Shown here piece by piece: positions 53,896-64,000 of a stretch of DNA of 64,000 nucleotides. How positions within the stretch are numbered: the first letter of the stretch is position 1; each line of letters starts with the position of its first letter. The translations under genes were made by a program, and so were the position numbers. This DNA is from Podarcis gaigeae (lineage: Eukaryota), in the NCBI GenBank assembly GCA_964106915.2, contig OZ066915.1. The stretch is one strand, 5' to 3'. The notes under the pieces were generated by a model. That model was not told where the DNA came from and searched no databases. It saw nothing but the letters and a program-made list of their open reading frames with translations.

Positions 53896-53967
53896 ATGAA
53901 TTCTTCCATTTTGTCATTCTTTGTTTTGCCATTGGAACCTTGTTGGTTTGCTATTACAGATATAAAG
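53896..53967 (+). CDS. TMEM40: TMEM40 exon, first TM helix (DEFFHFVILCFAIGTLLVCYYRYK)
   Basis: Near-identical to recalled human DEFFHFVLLCFAIGALLVCYHYYA; acceptor ctcatttcag, donor AAG|GTACAT. Confidence 0.93.
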
Positions 53968-54050
53968 GTACATCAAAACTGGAATGCACTGCTTTCATTT
54001 GGGTAACACAGAACATAATGTAATAGAAACATATATATGTATATTTTTAG

Positions 54051-54125
54051 ACTGGACAGTTTCCCTCGGTATTGGTTTGATGACCTTCGCAGGCTTAGAA
54101 ACAACTGGAATATATTTCGGTCTAG
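54051..54125 (+). CDS. TMEM40: TMEM40 exon, second TM helix (DWTVSLGIGLMTFAGLETTGIYFGL)
   Basis: Matches human DWFMSLGVGLLTFASLETVGIYFGL; acceptor tatttttag, donor TAG|GTAAGT; follows an 83-nt intron. Confidence 0.93.
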
Positions 54126-54314
54126 GTAAGTGTTTCGCATGTACCACTTGAGACAGCGAAATAAGCTGCTTCGTATTTATACCTAGGTATAAACTTTAAA
54201 ATATACCAACATTCATTTGATGTTTGTATTACAGTTTGAGTTGTAGTGGAGCTATTAGCTTGTACAGTTTTCTTTGCTTTGCATATAACCATTTGTCTTT
54301 CATTTCCCTAATAG

Positions 54315-54377
54315 TGCACCGCATTAGAAGTATCCTGGAAAGTTTTATCCCCCTGCTTCAGAGCGTCAGGACACCTG
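54315..54377 (+). CDS. TMEM40: TMEM40 exon (VHRIRSILESFIPLLQSVRTP)
   Basis: Matches human VYRIHSVLQGFIPLFQKFRLT; acceptor tttccctaatag, donor CTG|GTAATA. Confidence 0.9.
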
Positions 54378-54821
54378 GTAATACCTACTGCCCTCTTGAT
54401 GTGTCTTTATATACCCCTGTGGAATCATTTGGGTACAGCACATAGATAATAGTTGTAGTTTTGCCATTTTTTAACAGAAAAACTCTATTCATCCCAGGAA
54501 AAAGGGCTCAGGATTAAGAGATTGTGTGTCAGTTCCAAAGATTGTCATGGTTCCAGGTTTTGAGGGGAGACCTATGTAAACTTCCCTGAGGGTCCTTAGA
54601 GACAGAGTACTAAAAGCACAGACTTCTTTGTGCTTTTAACCAGCAGGCTTGTGCCTATTGGGACTGCCTCTCTCTAAAATCCCTTCTTCTTTCAAACTTC
54701 TAAATTAAATGCTCATGAAAGTGACATCGAAGTGCTATCTTTTCTGCCCCTCAGATCAATGTGCGGTATTTTGAAATAATCATACTGACGAGTTTCTCTC
54801 TCTCACTTTGTCATTGTGTAG

Positions 54822-54841
54822 GTTTGAAAAAGATTAACTAA
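54822..54841 (+). CDS. TMEM40: TMEM40 last coding exon (GLKKIN*)
   Basis: Polypyrimidine tract and acceptor tgtgtag at 54821; GLKKIN-stop parallels the human C-terminus GFRKTD-stop. Confidence 0.8.
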
Positions 54842-55711
54842 ATCGGAGGTGTCAACAGAGCTGGGTGGATCCTGTTAATATTGACAAGATGTTTACAGGG
54901 CTATTACGGCCAATGTAAAATAACATGTTAACTATACAAATGTGAAATTTCCACAGTTGGAGAAAAGAATCATGCTTACAGTGAATCCTTTGCTTCCTTG
55001 GTGTATGTTGTGCCACATGAGAGATCTATTCGCAGCCTTTTCGTATTCATTGGGTCTGCGGCTGTATGCTGCAACCCCATTTTGTGAAGGAATATCAGCT
55101 ATTTCCACTCTGTCTTGTATTCTACCATGCACCAAGTCTCACCAACACTGAACATTGCTGCTCTTATCTATGGCTGAAATCGCCTTCAGGACAGAGGACT
55201 GTGTATAGATAGCCCATGGCTACGTCATGGGAAGTTCTTTACATATTCCGTGAGCCAACTCATATGATGAGACACATTTCTCAAGTCATTTGTGATTGTG
55301 TGGGAAAAGCTAGTTCACATGGTAATCACTGTGCATGACCACAGCTGGCCTGTGGAACAATTTGGAAGTGGCAGCCATGAGCCATTACTGTGGGACAGCT
55401 TCTATTCATTGTGGTGGAACTTCTACAGATGTCCTTGGCTGGTTCTTGCTCTTTGTTGTCCTGTCATCTATTTGCTTATGCAGCAACACTGCAAGGCTTG
55501 CCATTGTCACAGGAACGATACCCCATTTCTCACTAACACGTGGGATACGCTTTAGAAAAAAGTTATGCTACATAATGCAAGCAATGGGCAATCCTAATGC
55601 CCTTATCTTGAGCATTATTTCAAAGATGTAATTTTGCATGCAGTATTTCTCCATCTCTTCAAAGAGCAGCCTTCTGTTGCTCCTCCCTTTATCTGGATCA
55701 TGGGGCATCAA

Positions 55712-55851
55712 CAGTGGCGTAGCATGGGTTGTCAGCACCCGGGGCAAGGCAAGTAATTTGCGCCCCCTAACCCGTGGATTTGCGCCGCTAACCCCCAGAT
55801 GTTGCGCCTGGTGCGGCCGGCCCCCCCTGCACCCCCCACACTACGCCACTG
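55712..55851. mobile_element. hAT MITE with perfect 8-bp TSD
   Basis: TIR CAGTGGCGTAG / CTACGCCACTG; TSD ggcatcaa at 55704-55711 and 55852-55859. Confidence 0.9.
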
Positions 55852-57121
55852 GGCATCAAGCACAATGCTATGCATTACATTCAGGTGAGAAATTTTACTG
55901 TACCTTTATCAGGATACTGTTTGTTTTGGTAAGGCATGGTAAGATAAGGTAATGAAAAGGCTGGGCAGTGTAAATGTACAGTAGGGAACAAAGTCTTTAT
56001 TGTTTGATGAAAGTAGTAAGAACTCTGATGTGAACATACCTGATTTGCTTTAGTTCATTAATGTTTAATACCTTTGGGCAGGTCTTATTTTCTCTCTTGG
56101 CCATTTGACCAAGAATTCAGCTTCAATACCTCTTCCAATCTTCAATCTTGGCAACTTCAAATTTTAAAAAAACTTGCTTTTGTGGGGTGGGGAGGAACTG
56201 TGGCAAGGAATTTTCTGAAAAGTGAATACAAGCTCAAATGGTAAACTTGGAAGATCTGGTAATATTGGTACTTCCAGTTTGTAAAAAAAAAAAACCCACA
56301 CAAAATGTAGCTGAAACTCATAAGCCCATTGTATTGAAATATTCCTACTAAATCTGGGGAAATATTTTGAAATGCCCTGTATCAAAAGCATAGGGGAAGA
56401 GCAAGTATTTTTAAAATTAGGAGGTGGGAGGAAGTTCCTAACATTCTTCTTAACTGTATTAATGTAATCCAGCTATTTCACAAATAACAATTTATGCTTA
56501 ACTAAAAATATCTGTCAAAAGAACAATGGCTTAAATGACTGGAATTTATGTCACCTTTGCTTCATTTCATGCTGGCTTGAATGATGTCTGAGTTGTGTCC
56601 TTAAAAAAATGCATTGATGCTGTGTCGTTACATTGATATACATATGAAAGGCTACTGTTGATGTTGACAAGCTATAGATTTTCCGTTTTGTTATTTGTGC
56701 GTGGTCCTACCTCTGTATCATAACTTAATTTAGAATCACGAAAGTCCAGTTGAGAAGTAAGGATTGCTGTAGATGCAGAAGGTCAGTGTATCCAAATGCA
56801 CTTGATGGCTACACACATCTAGTCAGATCGGGCACCACACTTTCATGCGAGGCCCTGAAATGTCATTTGTAGAAGACAGCAGAATAATATTTCAATGTAA
56901 AATAGTTGCATACGTCCTTTGGCTTCCAAAGGCAAGCCAGATCTTGCTACCAAACGGACACATGCCTGGGAAGGGATGCAGCTTAGAGGCAGAGTAGTTG
57001 CTTTTATGCAGAAGACCTCCTTATCATCCCTGGCATCACCAGGCAAGGCTGAGAATGATCTGCCTGGTTTCCTGGGAAGCTGGTGTAGCCAAAGTTAAGC
57101 TAAACCAAAGTTAAGCTAAAC

Positions 57122-57368
57122 CATGGGTAGGCAAACTAAGGCCCGGGGGCTGGATCCGGCCCAATCACCTTCTAAATCTGGCCCGCAGACAGTCCAGGAA
57201 TCGTCTTATTACATGAGTAGAATGTGCCCTTTTATTTAAAATGCATCTCTGGGTTATTTGTGGGGCATAGGAATTTGTTTAATTTCCCCCAAAAAGTATA
57301 GGCCAGCCCCCCACAAGGTCTGAGGGACAGTGGACTGGCCTCCTGCTGAAAAGGTTTGCTGTCCCCTG
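57122..57368. mobile_element. hAT-Charlie (OC1/OposCharlie-like) non-autonomous element nested in a Squam2-like SINE
   Basis: Imperfect TIRs CATGGGTAGGCAAAC / GTTTGCTGTCCCCTG; minus-strand subterminal ggccagtccactgtccctcagacc...aacaaattcctatgc resembles the recalled OC1 sequence; degenerate TSD agctaaac/agttacat. Confidence 0.7.
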
Positions 57369-58517
57369 AGTTACATGGACCAATGATCTGATTCCCTAAC
57401 AAGGGAGTTTACCATGCTGGTTCAGGAGCACTGCTTTGGTGAACTGCACTGGGAGCCATGTACACACTTACAGGCACAAACATGCTGCAGCTAAGTAGTT
57501 CTGCCCCAAGATGGGAGACCATCTGGGAGCAATCTGCAAGCTTCTCTGAACTCTGCAGCTGAAGAACAGGATACAAATAATGAATAAATAATAAGAAGCT
57601 GCTGTTTCCTCCTCTACTCCCTTAACCTCTGTTTGATTTCCCCATACACTCGAGATGGCATGCTCCACCTTGCTCCAAGCGCAGATGGTTGAACAGGCTA
57701 ATAATAGATCATAAACCTCAGAGAAGCCCAAGGACATGTTGTCTGTGGTTACTTGTTTGTTTTAAATCAGTGATGGGTGAGCCAGAGACTCAGTCCAGAT
57801 ATTCCAGCTCAGTCAGCACTGATCTCAAGCAGACAGTACCGAGGGACAGAAAATCGGGCTCTTGGCCTTCCTAAACCGATAGGAGATGTCGTTTTCTTCT
57901 CTCAGCACATGCACAAGAAGTGTGTTTGGTCAGTATTTAAGACAGGGATGAGTAACCAAGTCCCATCAGTCTCCAGCCAGTTTGCAGAGAGAGAGGCTGA
58001 CAGCAAGTAGGAAAGGGACACCAGAAAATATGAGCAGAAGCAGCTGGCGATAGAGGAAGAGGAGGATGGAAGAAATAACAGCCCCACTACTCTTGGTTGA
58101 AAATACAGTGCATGGAAATGTTTCACCTGAACACAGGAAGCAGGTAGTTGAAGTGAAATGTTTGCTTCTGTATATCGTATTTCACTACTGTGCCAAATGG
58201 GAAATATTTCTGGACAAGCTAGCAGTTATGTGAGAGAGAAATGTTTCTCGGGGCTAGTAGTACAATGGAAACGGAAGAAGCGACTGAGATGTCACAGTGC
58301 TACATTCAAAGCCCTATGGTCAGCCATAAAATTCACAATCCCACAAGTGTTTGGAGAAGAGAGAAGCATCATAAATAATTTTGGTACATTAAATTACAGC
58401 AATTTACTTGGATCTTTCTGTTTTACGTTATGTGCTATTGCCTTATCAGCATCTAGGTTTCCAGAAATCCTAACAGTTCAAAACAGCAAACATGATTTTT
58501 CTCCCAAAACTTTTACT

Positions 58518-58523
58518 TTTATT
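58518..58523 (-). terminator. Candidate TKT polyadenylation signal AATAAA
   Basis: tttatt on the plus strand, about 130 nt past the TKT stop, followed on the minus strand by GT/T-rich sequence. Confidence 0.55.
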
Positions 58524-58649
58524 AGAATTCTTCCATTAAAACTCTGCATATAATTTCAACCCTGTTTGAAAGCTACAGTGTTTGGTGTTTTTTTTAACCA
58601 TCCTTATCCCAAAACCCTGTCCCAGAACACAATGGGTATACAACACAAA

Positions 58650-58837
58650 CTACTCTGCATTCCTTGATTTGGACACTGCCACCTTAACAGCCTGGATGAT
58701 GCCATCCTTATCGATGCCAAACATCCTAAGCAGCTCAGCTGATTTTCCACTTCTTGGTATGTGGGACACAGCCAAGCGAGTGACTGTGATCCCTGGCTCC
58801 CCAACCACAGCCGCAGCGACGGCTTCTCCAATGCCAC
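58650..58837 (-). CDS. TKT: Transketolase last coding exon ([16 protein letters not shown]...VSKSRNAE*)
   Basis: Inside ORF 58650..58883; matches the TKT C-terminus; acceptor tctttccctag at 58838. Confidence 0.95.
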
Positions 58838-59929
58838 CTAGGGAAAGATAATATACAAATGGATGATAAGTCAAGGCTAACAAGCTTTATTTCTTTGTAA
58901 GCAGCTTAATCCAGCTATTTAAAAAGAAAACAATTGGATAGTTCAGAGGGATTGGAAAGGTTGCAAAGTTGTTTGTCCCATGAGAGGCTTTTGCCTAAAC
59001 AGTTTTTCTTCTAAGAAGATTAATGCTTTGATGCCCAATCAAGACAGCTGATCTCCAAGAGTCCACACAAGCCATCCAAGTAGAGTACGTAGTTGGATCA
59101 TGAAGACACAGCAGATACAAAAATGCTATTTTATAAATGTCTAAAGGAGGACCTGTGGTAAAACGTTGCAGTGTGGAGTGCTCCTTTTTAGTGTTCCAGC
59201 CAGCCAGTTAGCTATGCTTTCCTCCACAAAATTCCATTCCACTATATCATTCCCCTGCCCCTCCACAGCAAACAGTCAGCATTCTGAGCACAATGAGCTT
59301 GTTCATTCCTCAATGGACATCTTTGAGGTTCCTTAGCTATTTCCCCCAAAATATTTTTTTTCTAGGAATGTTGGGGTTCACCCCAAGCCTGCTGATACCT
59401 CCCCATTCTGCGAGGATGGTGCCATTTTGGCTATATAACTAATGGCGCTCATACCCTGAATATCTGAAATAGAGGAAACAATGTTTTAGATATGTAGCTT
59501 ATTAGATTATGTTGGACCCCCATCAGCCCCAACCAACTAATGGTCAGGGATAACAGAGTAATATCTGGAGAGCCAGCAGCTCCACTACAGCAGCAGGAAA
59601 TGCAACTCCAACACAACAATTTTTAACTGTTGCAAGAGCACACCCAAGCTAGGAATGTCATGAGAGAAATCTGTACCATGTATAGGTAGAGCTGAAACAC
59701 AGGAACTAGAAAATAATCAGTGTCCATGTATTTCTCATCATTGTTATTTCTCATCATTGTTATACCTTCCATGTATGTCCAATGCAATATACAAAATATA
59801 AAAAACCCTCCAAAGTTAGGAAACAGCACAGAAGAGGAATTTAAAAACAAACAAAAAATGGACACCCACGGCAGAGAAGTATATACAGTACTGAATTTTT
59901 CCCCTTTGTTATCATGTGTGTGGACCTAC

Positions 59930-60052
59930 CTTCATAGTAATGGTCTTCCACAGTGATAATTCTGCCTTTGGTTGCTCTTGCATTTTCAAGTATAGTTTTC
60001 TTATCCAGAGGTTTTATAGTGAAAGGGTCAATCACTCTGATGGGAACTTTTT
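59930..60052 (-). CDS. TKT: Transketolase exon ([41 protein letters not shown]), 123 nt
   Basis: Inside ORF 59841..60125; acceptor tttctcag, donor AAG|GTAGGT. Confidence 0.95.
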
Positions 60053-60980
60053 CTGAGAAAAAGAATGGGAACAGAATTATGCACCAGAGCATGTGGCTCA
60101 ACAAAACAGAGGACAGGGGACTCACTAATGTTTAATGTTTCATACACATTTATTAAAGCATCCCAATGGAGTCTTTGAAACCACTAAGTATTTGGGTTCT
60201 AAGAATGGCCAGAATACGGTCAAAAACAAGCTGACTGATAACTAAACGTTGCCTTACTTTCTCGTTTCGTCATTCCCTAGAATGAGGACACTCATGACCC
60301 ACTTCCAAGGACCTTGAAATTGATCCCCAGAAGAATTAAGACACTCAGAAGCTATCTTATGGAATATCTAAAGAACTAGATAGCACAAGGTCATCATTCA
60401 GCTTCAGTCTTCTTAAAGCACAGCTGCCTGCTCATTTATCCAATGGCTATAACTGCATTAACTTATTAGTACTATCATCTTGTGGACTTCTCAATAGTGA
60501 GATTTCCTTTATTCCACCAAAGGTGATCTTGGATAATGCCAATAGTCTTGGATAAAATGATGATATCTGGAGTGAAATGAGTAGCAACACATGTGTTTCA
60601 AGGAGCAAAATGAGGATGGGAATATGTGAACTACTGCCAGTTAGGTAGCCTGTAACTGAAAGTGTTCAGGTATGGTGCAACCTGTATGTTTCAGGAAAGG
60701 TGACATTTCATCTACTGTGAAGCAAACCATGGTTTACTTATCCAGGACTATCCATCTAGTAAGATCTTGTGCAGATGCAATATTCCTAATCAATATACCA
60801 CATGCTCACTGACTTCTCCTTTCCCTCCTTCCCTTTCATCCATGGTTCATCTTGCACATGCACTGCACTGAGGCTGATCATAGTTCTAAAGAATTTCCTA
60901 CCCCCCCCCCTTTATAGCCCTCATGTTCTTCCCTACAAGATGGCTGGTGTGCATTTCTCAAAAGAGTTTGGTGTAATCAC

Positions 60981-61074
60981 CTCTCTTCAGTTGCTCAGCT
61001 GCAGCCAGTGCCTCATGCAGAGTTACTCCTGCTCCAATAACCGTGACCTGGTCATCTTTGCTCTTGAATACCAC
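60981..61074 (-). CDS. TKT: Transketolase exon ([31 protein letters not shown]), 94 nt
   Basis: Matches human [31 protein letters not shown]; canonical AG/GT boundaries. Confidence 0.95.
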
Positions 61075-61206
61075 CTGATAACAACAGTAAAACAAAGAAT
61101 TAGAGAAAGTTCTAGATTTACTGGAAAAAGCTAGTAAAAATCACAATGTTCAATGACTACGTTCTTGTAGTTCAAGTCTTTTAGCAACTTTCAAAATGGC
61201 GCTCAC

Positions 61207-61290
61207 CTTGGCTTGTCCAACATGGAAATCCTCATTGCTGCCATAGATCACGGCATTTTCTGGACGACTGGTTCGTATGAAACAGATGCC
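61207..61290 (-). CDS. TKT: Transketolase exon ([28 protein letters not shown]), 84 nt
   Basis: Hand translation matches human [28 protein letters not shown]; acceptor aaaacag, donor AAG|GTGAGC. Confidence 0.95.
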
Positions 61291-61920
61291 CTGTTTTCAA
61301 AATGAACACAGGAGAGATTGTAACACCCACAATATCCCATGGAATTAAACTTCAAAACGGAAAAAAGCATTTAAAAGTCCAAACACCAAAATTAGTCTTT
61401 TTAAAGCTGAGTGTGTCTAGTTCTGGATGGGTGACCACCCAGGTATTATAAGCATGACACCTTGGGTTCCATGACAGAAGAAAAGTGAGGTATAAATGGA
61501 ATGAAATAAACAGCCAACCAACAATGAAACTCTAACAAATTCACAGCAATGGGCACCCTTTCCTATATGCCTCTGCAACAGAAGTGAGCAAACTTCAAAT
61601 TTGGAGGCAGTAATGGGCCAGATCCTTATCTTTCCTCCATCCCTATGCAGCAACTGTCAATCATTTGAGGTCATGAGGATGCCAGGCGATTGACCCCTGC
61701 CAAAGGTCTCTTGCACATTTACTTCCTAATGCCCACTGCACTTGGGAAGAGCTGCACAATGAGGAGTCCCAATGCTACCTATCCTCCATCTGATGTCATA
61801 TATGATATCAGGTGTAAGGCTTGCCTGAAATGAACTTGCAAGCCAAATGGGGAGGGCCAGCAGGTTCCCCACCCTTGATCTAAAACTCCCAAGCAAGCAC
61901 CCTGCGGAAGAGTTGCAGAC

Positions 61921-62051
61921 CTTTGTATTTGCAGCCAATTCCACTGCCTTTTCAGTGGATACAGCATCACTAGGGTAAAATACAGTTGAATTAGGAATGG
62001 CACGGAACATGCACAGATCTTCCAGCCCCATCTGTGAAGGTCCATCTTCAC
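61921..62051 (-). CDS. TKT: Transketolase exon ([44 protein letters not shown]), 131 nt
   Basis: GEDGPSQM transketolase motif; acceptor cttttctag, donor AAG|GTCTGC; size agrees with recalled human exon 10. Confidence 0.95.
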
Positions 62052-63351
62052 CTAGAAAAGAGATGGTTTAGGGGCGGGGGGGGGGGTGAAAGAAAAATAT
62101 CAGTGTCGAAAAGTGAACAAACTTCTCTGTATACTTCTTAAAACAAAAGGCATCCAAAATAAATATAAGGCACTCACAGGACATGGAAGGCTACCTACCC
62201 TCTTCTGCTTAAACTTGGAAATAGCAAAGAAAGAAGATAGAAGGAAACTAAAAAGAAAGAAAACTAGGGTTATAAAGAAAAATCATGGAAAAATGCAGAC
62301 GTAAATGGTAACTAAAACAATAAAGCAGAAACTAAATCACCACAACCCACAGAGGCAAAAGGAGAAGGAAAAGGGATATAGGGCTACATACATGAGTAAA
62401 GAAATGAAAGGAAATAAATACACGATTTTAGCCAACTGGCAAAAGAAAAATGTACAAGGTGACAGTAGGCATGTCTCAATTATTTGTGGAACACAGAAGA
62501 ATTCATGATTCTATCAGAATGTCCCATCCTGGGAGGGGGCACTTGAAGCTCATAAGAAGCTTACTTTTCAGTGAAGATTGGCTTAATGAAACCCAGAGAG
62601 AGATGCATTATAATTAGGGATATATTTGGGTGTGTGGGTGTGTAGAGCAGTGAATGGCACAGTTCTAATTCCTCCAGGGCCAGCAGTAGGAAAAGCTGTG
62701 GATGCACTTGTGCCCTTCTGGTAGAAAAGTATTTACAGGAAACCAGTTAGAAGAACTGAGTGCATTTTTTCCAACTTCTACTTGGTTGAACTGACTTGTG
62801 AACACTGTCTGCCTTAAAAAGCAGCCAGAGGGCCACTCCAAAGTCATTTTTTAAAAATGTGTTTGCTTCCTGTTTCAGTACAATTGCCACACAGGATGCA
62901 GTAAGAGTTACGGAAATGGCACTACCACATCCTTTATATATATACCTATTTAGTCAAGGACACCAAAAAGCCCCAGTCGGTTGTGCATCTCTGCATTTTA
63001 ATAAACTTGAGGGGGTAGAGGTTTCTCTCATCATTGGAACTTAAGATCCCATTCCTGATAAGGGCAAGGATTGAACCTGCAGCCTTCTACATACAAACAC
63101 ACACTTCAGAAGTAGGCGAAGCTTTTATCCTGATGGCTGTGAGAGTTCTACTGAAATAAGATCTTGGCATGTGCAAAAAACAAAAGCACATGTCTCACCC
63201 TACAAACAGTAATAGAATGTGTGCACTGAAATATACACCGGCACCTGTACTTAAAAGAGGGCTTCACTGTACTGTCAAAGAAGCAACTGGAAATTCTTTG
63301 AAGAGAAGCACAAGTGGCAAGTGGTGTTAGAAAGAAACTGAGGCTAATTAG

Positions 63352-64000
63352 GTCGGAGTGAAACAATATAAATTGAAAGCATTTGCAGATGACCTGGTAT
63401 TAACATTACAGGAGCCAGTCTCCAGTACTAAAAGAGTGTTAGAATTAATTTCTGACTTTGGTCGGGTGGCGGGATTTAAGCTGAACAAACAAAAAACTAA
63501 GGTTCTAGCAAAAAATTTGACAACTACAGAAACAGATGAGTTCATGAAAGAAACAGAACTAAATGTGGTTAAAAAAGTAAAATACCTAGGGGTGTATCTG
63601 ACCTCCAAAAATTTGAATTTGTTTAAAGATAACTACGAGAAATGTTGGTCAGAAATCAAAAGAGATTTGGAAACATGGTCAAGATTGAAACTTTCCTTGT
63701 TGGGCCGAATAGCAGCTATAAAGATGAATGTATTGCCGAAAATGTTATTTTTGTTTCAGGCCCTACAGATCGTGGACAAGGTGGAATGTTTTGGAAAGTG
63801 GCAGAAGGATATTTCCAAGTTTGTTTGGCAGGGCAAAAAGCCCCGAATAAAGTTTAAAATATTAACTGATGCGAAAGAAAGAGGGGGATTTGCCCTGCCA
63901 GACTTGAGGTTATATTACGAATCTGCAGCCTTCTGCTGGTTGAAAGATTGGATCTTACTGGAAAACACTGATGTCCTAGATCTGGAAGGGTTTGACAATG
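63352..64000 (+). mobile_element. 5'-truncated L1-clade LINE ORF2 fragment in a TKT intron, running off the window
   Basis: Open frame KQYKLKAFADDLVLTLQEP...GFKLNKQKT...KYLGVYLT...LSLLGRIAAIKMNVLPKMLFLFQ...GGFALPDLRLYY, typical of the L1 RT C-terminal region. Confidence 0.9.

Noticed and set aside
54842-55631. Hydrophobic ORF fragments that looked like a GPCR pseudogene
   Set aside because: No convincing family motifs, multiple stops, and the position directly after the TMEM40 stop is better explained as 3' UTR.
60340-60400. Possible C/D-box snoRNA in a TKT intron (ATGATGA...CTGA, minus strand)
   Set aside because: Only about 55 nt, with no clear terminal stem or recognisable guide.
1-64000. 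CRISPR arrays, operons or other prokaryote-type systems
   Set aside because: The sequence is clearly intron-rich vertebrate DNA; no regularly spaced repeat-spacer array was seen.

Overview
Vertebrate genomic DNA, most likely from a lacertid lizard (inferred from the Sauria/Squam1, Squam2-like and Squam3-like SINEs plus L2, CR1, L1 and hAT/Tc1-mariner MITEs). Three spliced protein-coding genes are supported. (1) BICD2 coding exon 1 (minus, 11021-11260) in a CpG island; positions 1-11020 are its first intron. (2) A TMEM40-family gene (plus, about 44386-54841) built from nine short coding exons joined by phase-1 introns. The ORF track does not assemble it; it was reconstructed by hand from splice sites and recalled similarity to human TMEM40. 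(3) The last five coding exons of transketolase TKT (minus, 58650-62051), convergent with TMEM40. A near-intact single-ORF L2 LINE (APE+RT) lies antisense in a TMEM40 intron and a 5'-truncated L1 with an open frame lies in a TKT intron. The rest is intronic/intergenic sequence with SINEs, MITEs, microsatellites and local duplications. I found no convincing wholly new biological system. The best leads are the microexon TMEM40-like gene in a non-human gene order, candidate upstream exons, an OC1-like hAT MITE, a Penelope hammerhead remnant, and MITE-borne ZNF143/THAP11-type motifs. All family names come from recalled sequence knowledge, not database searches.
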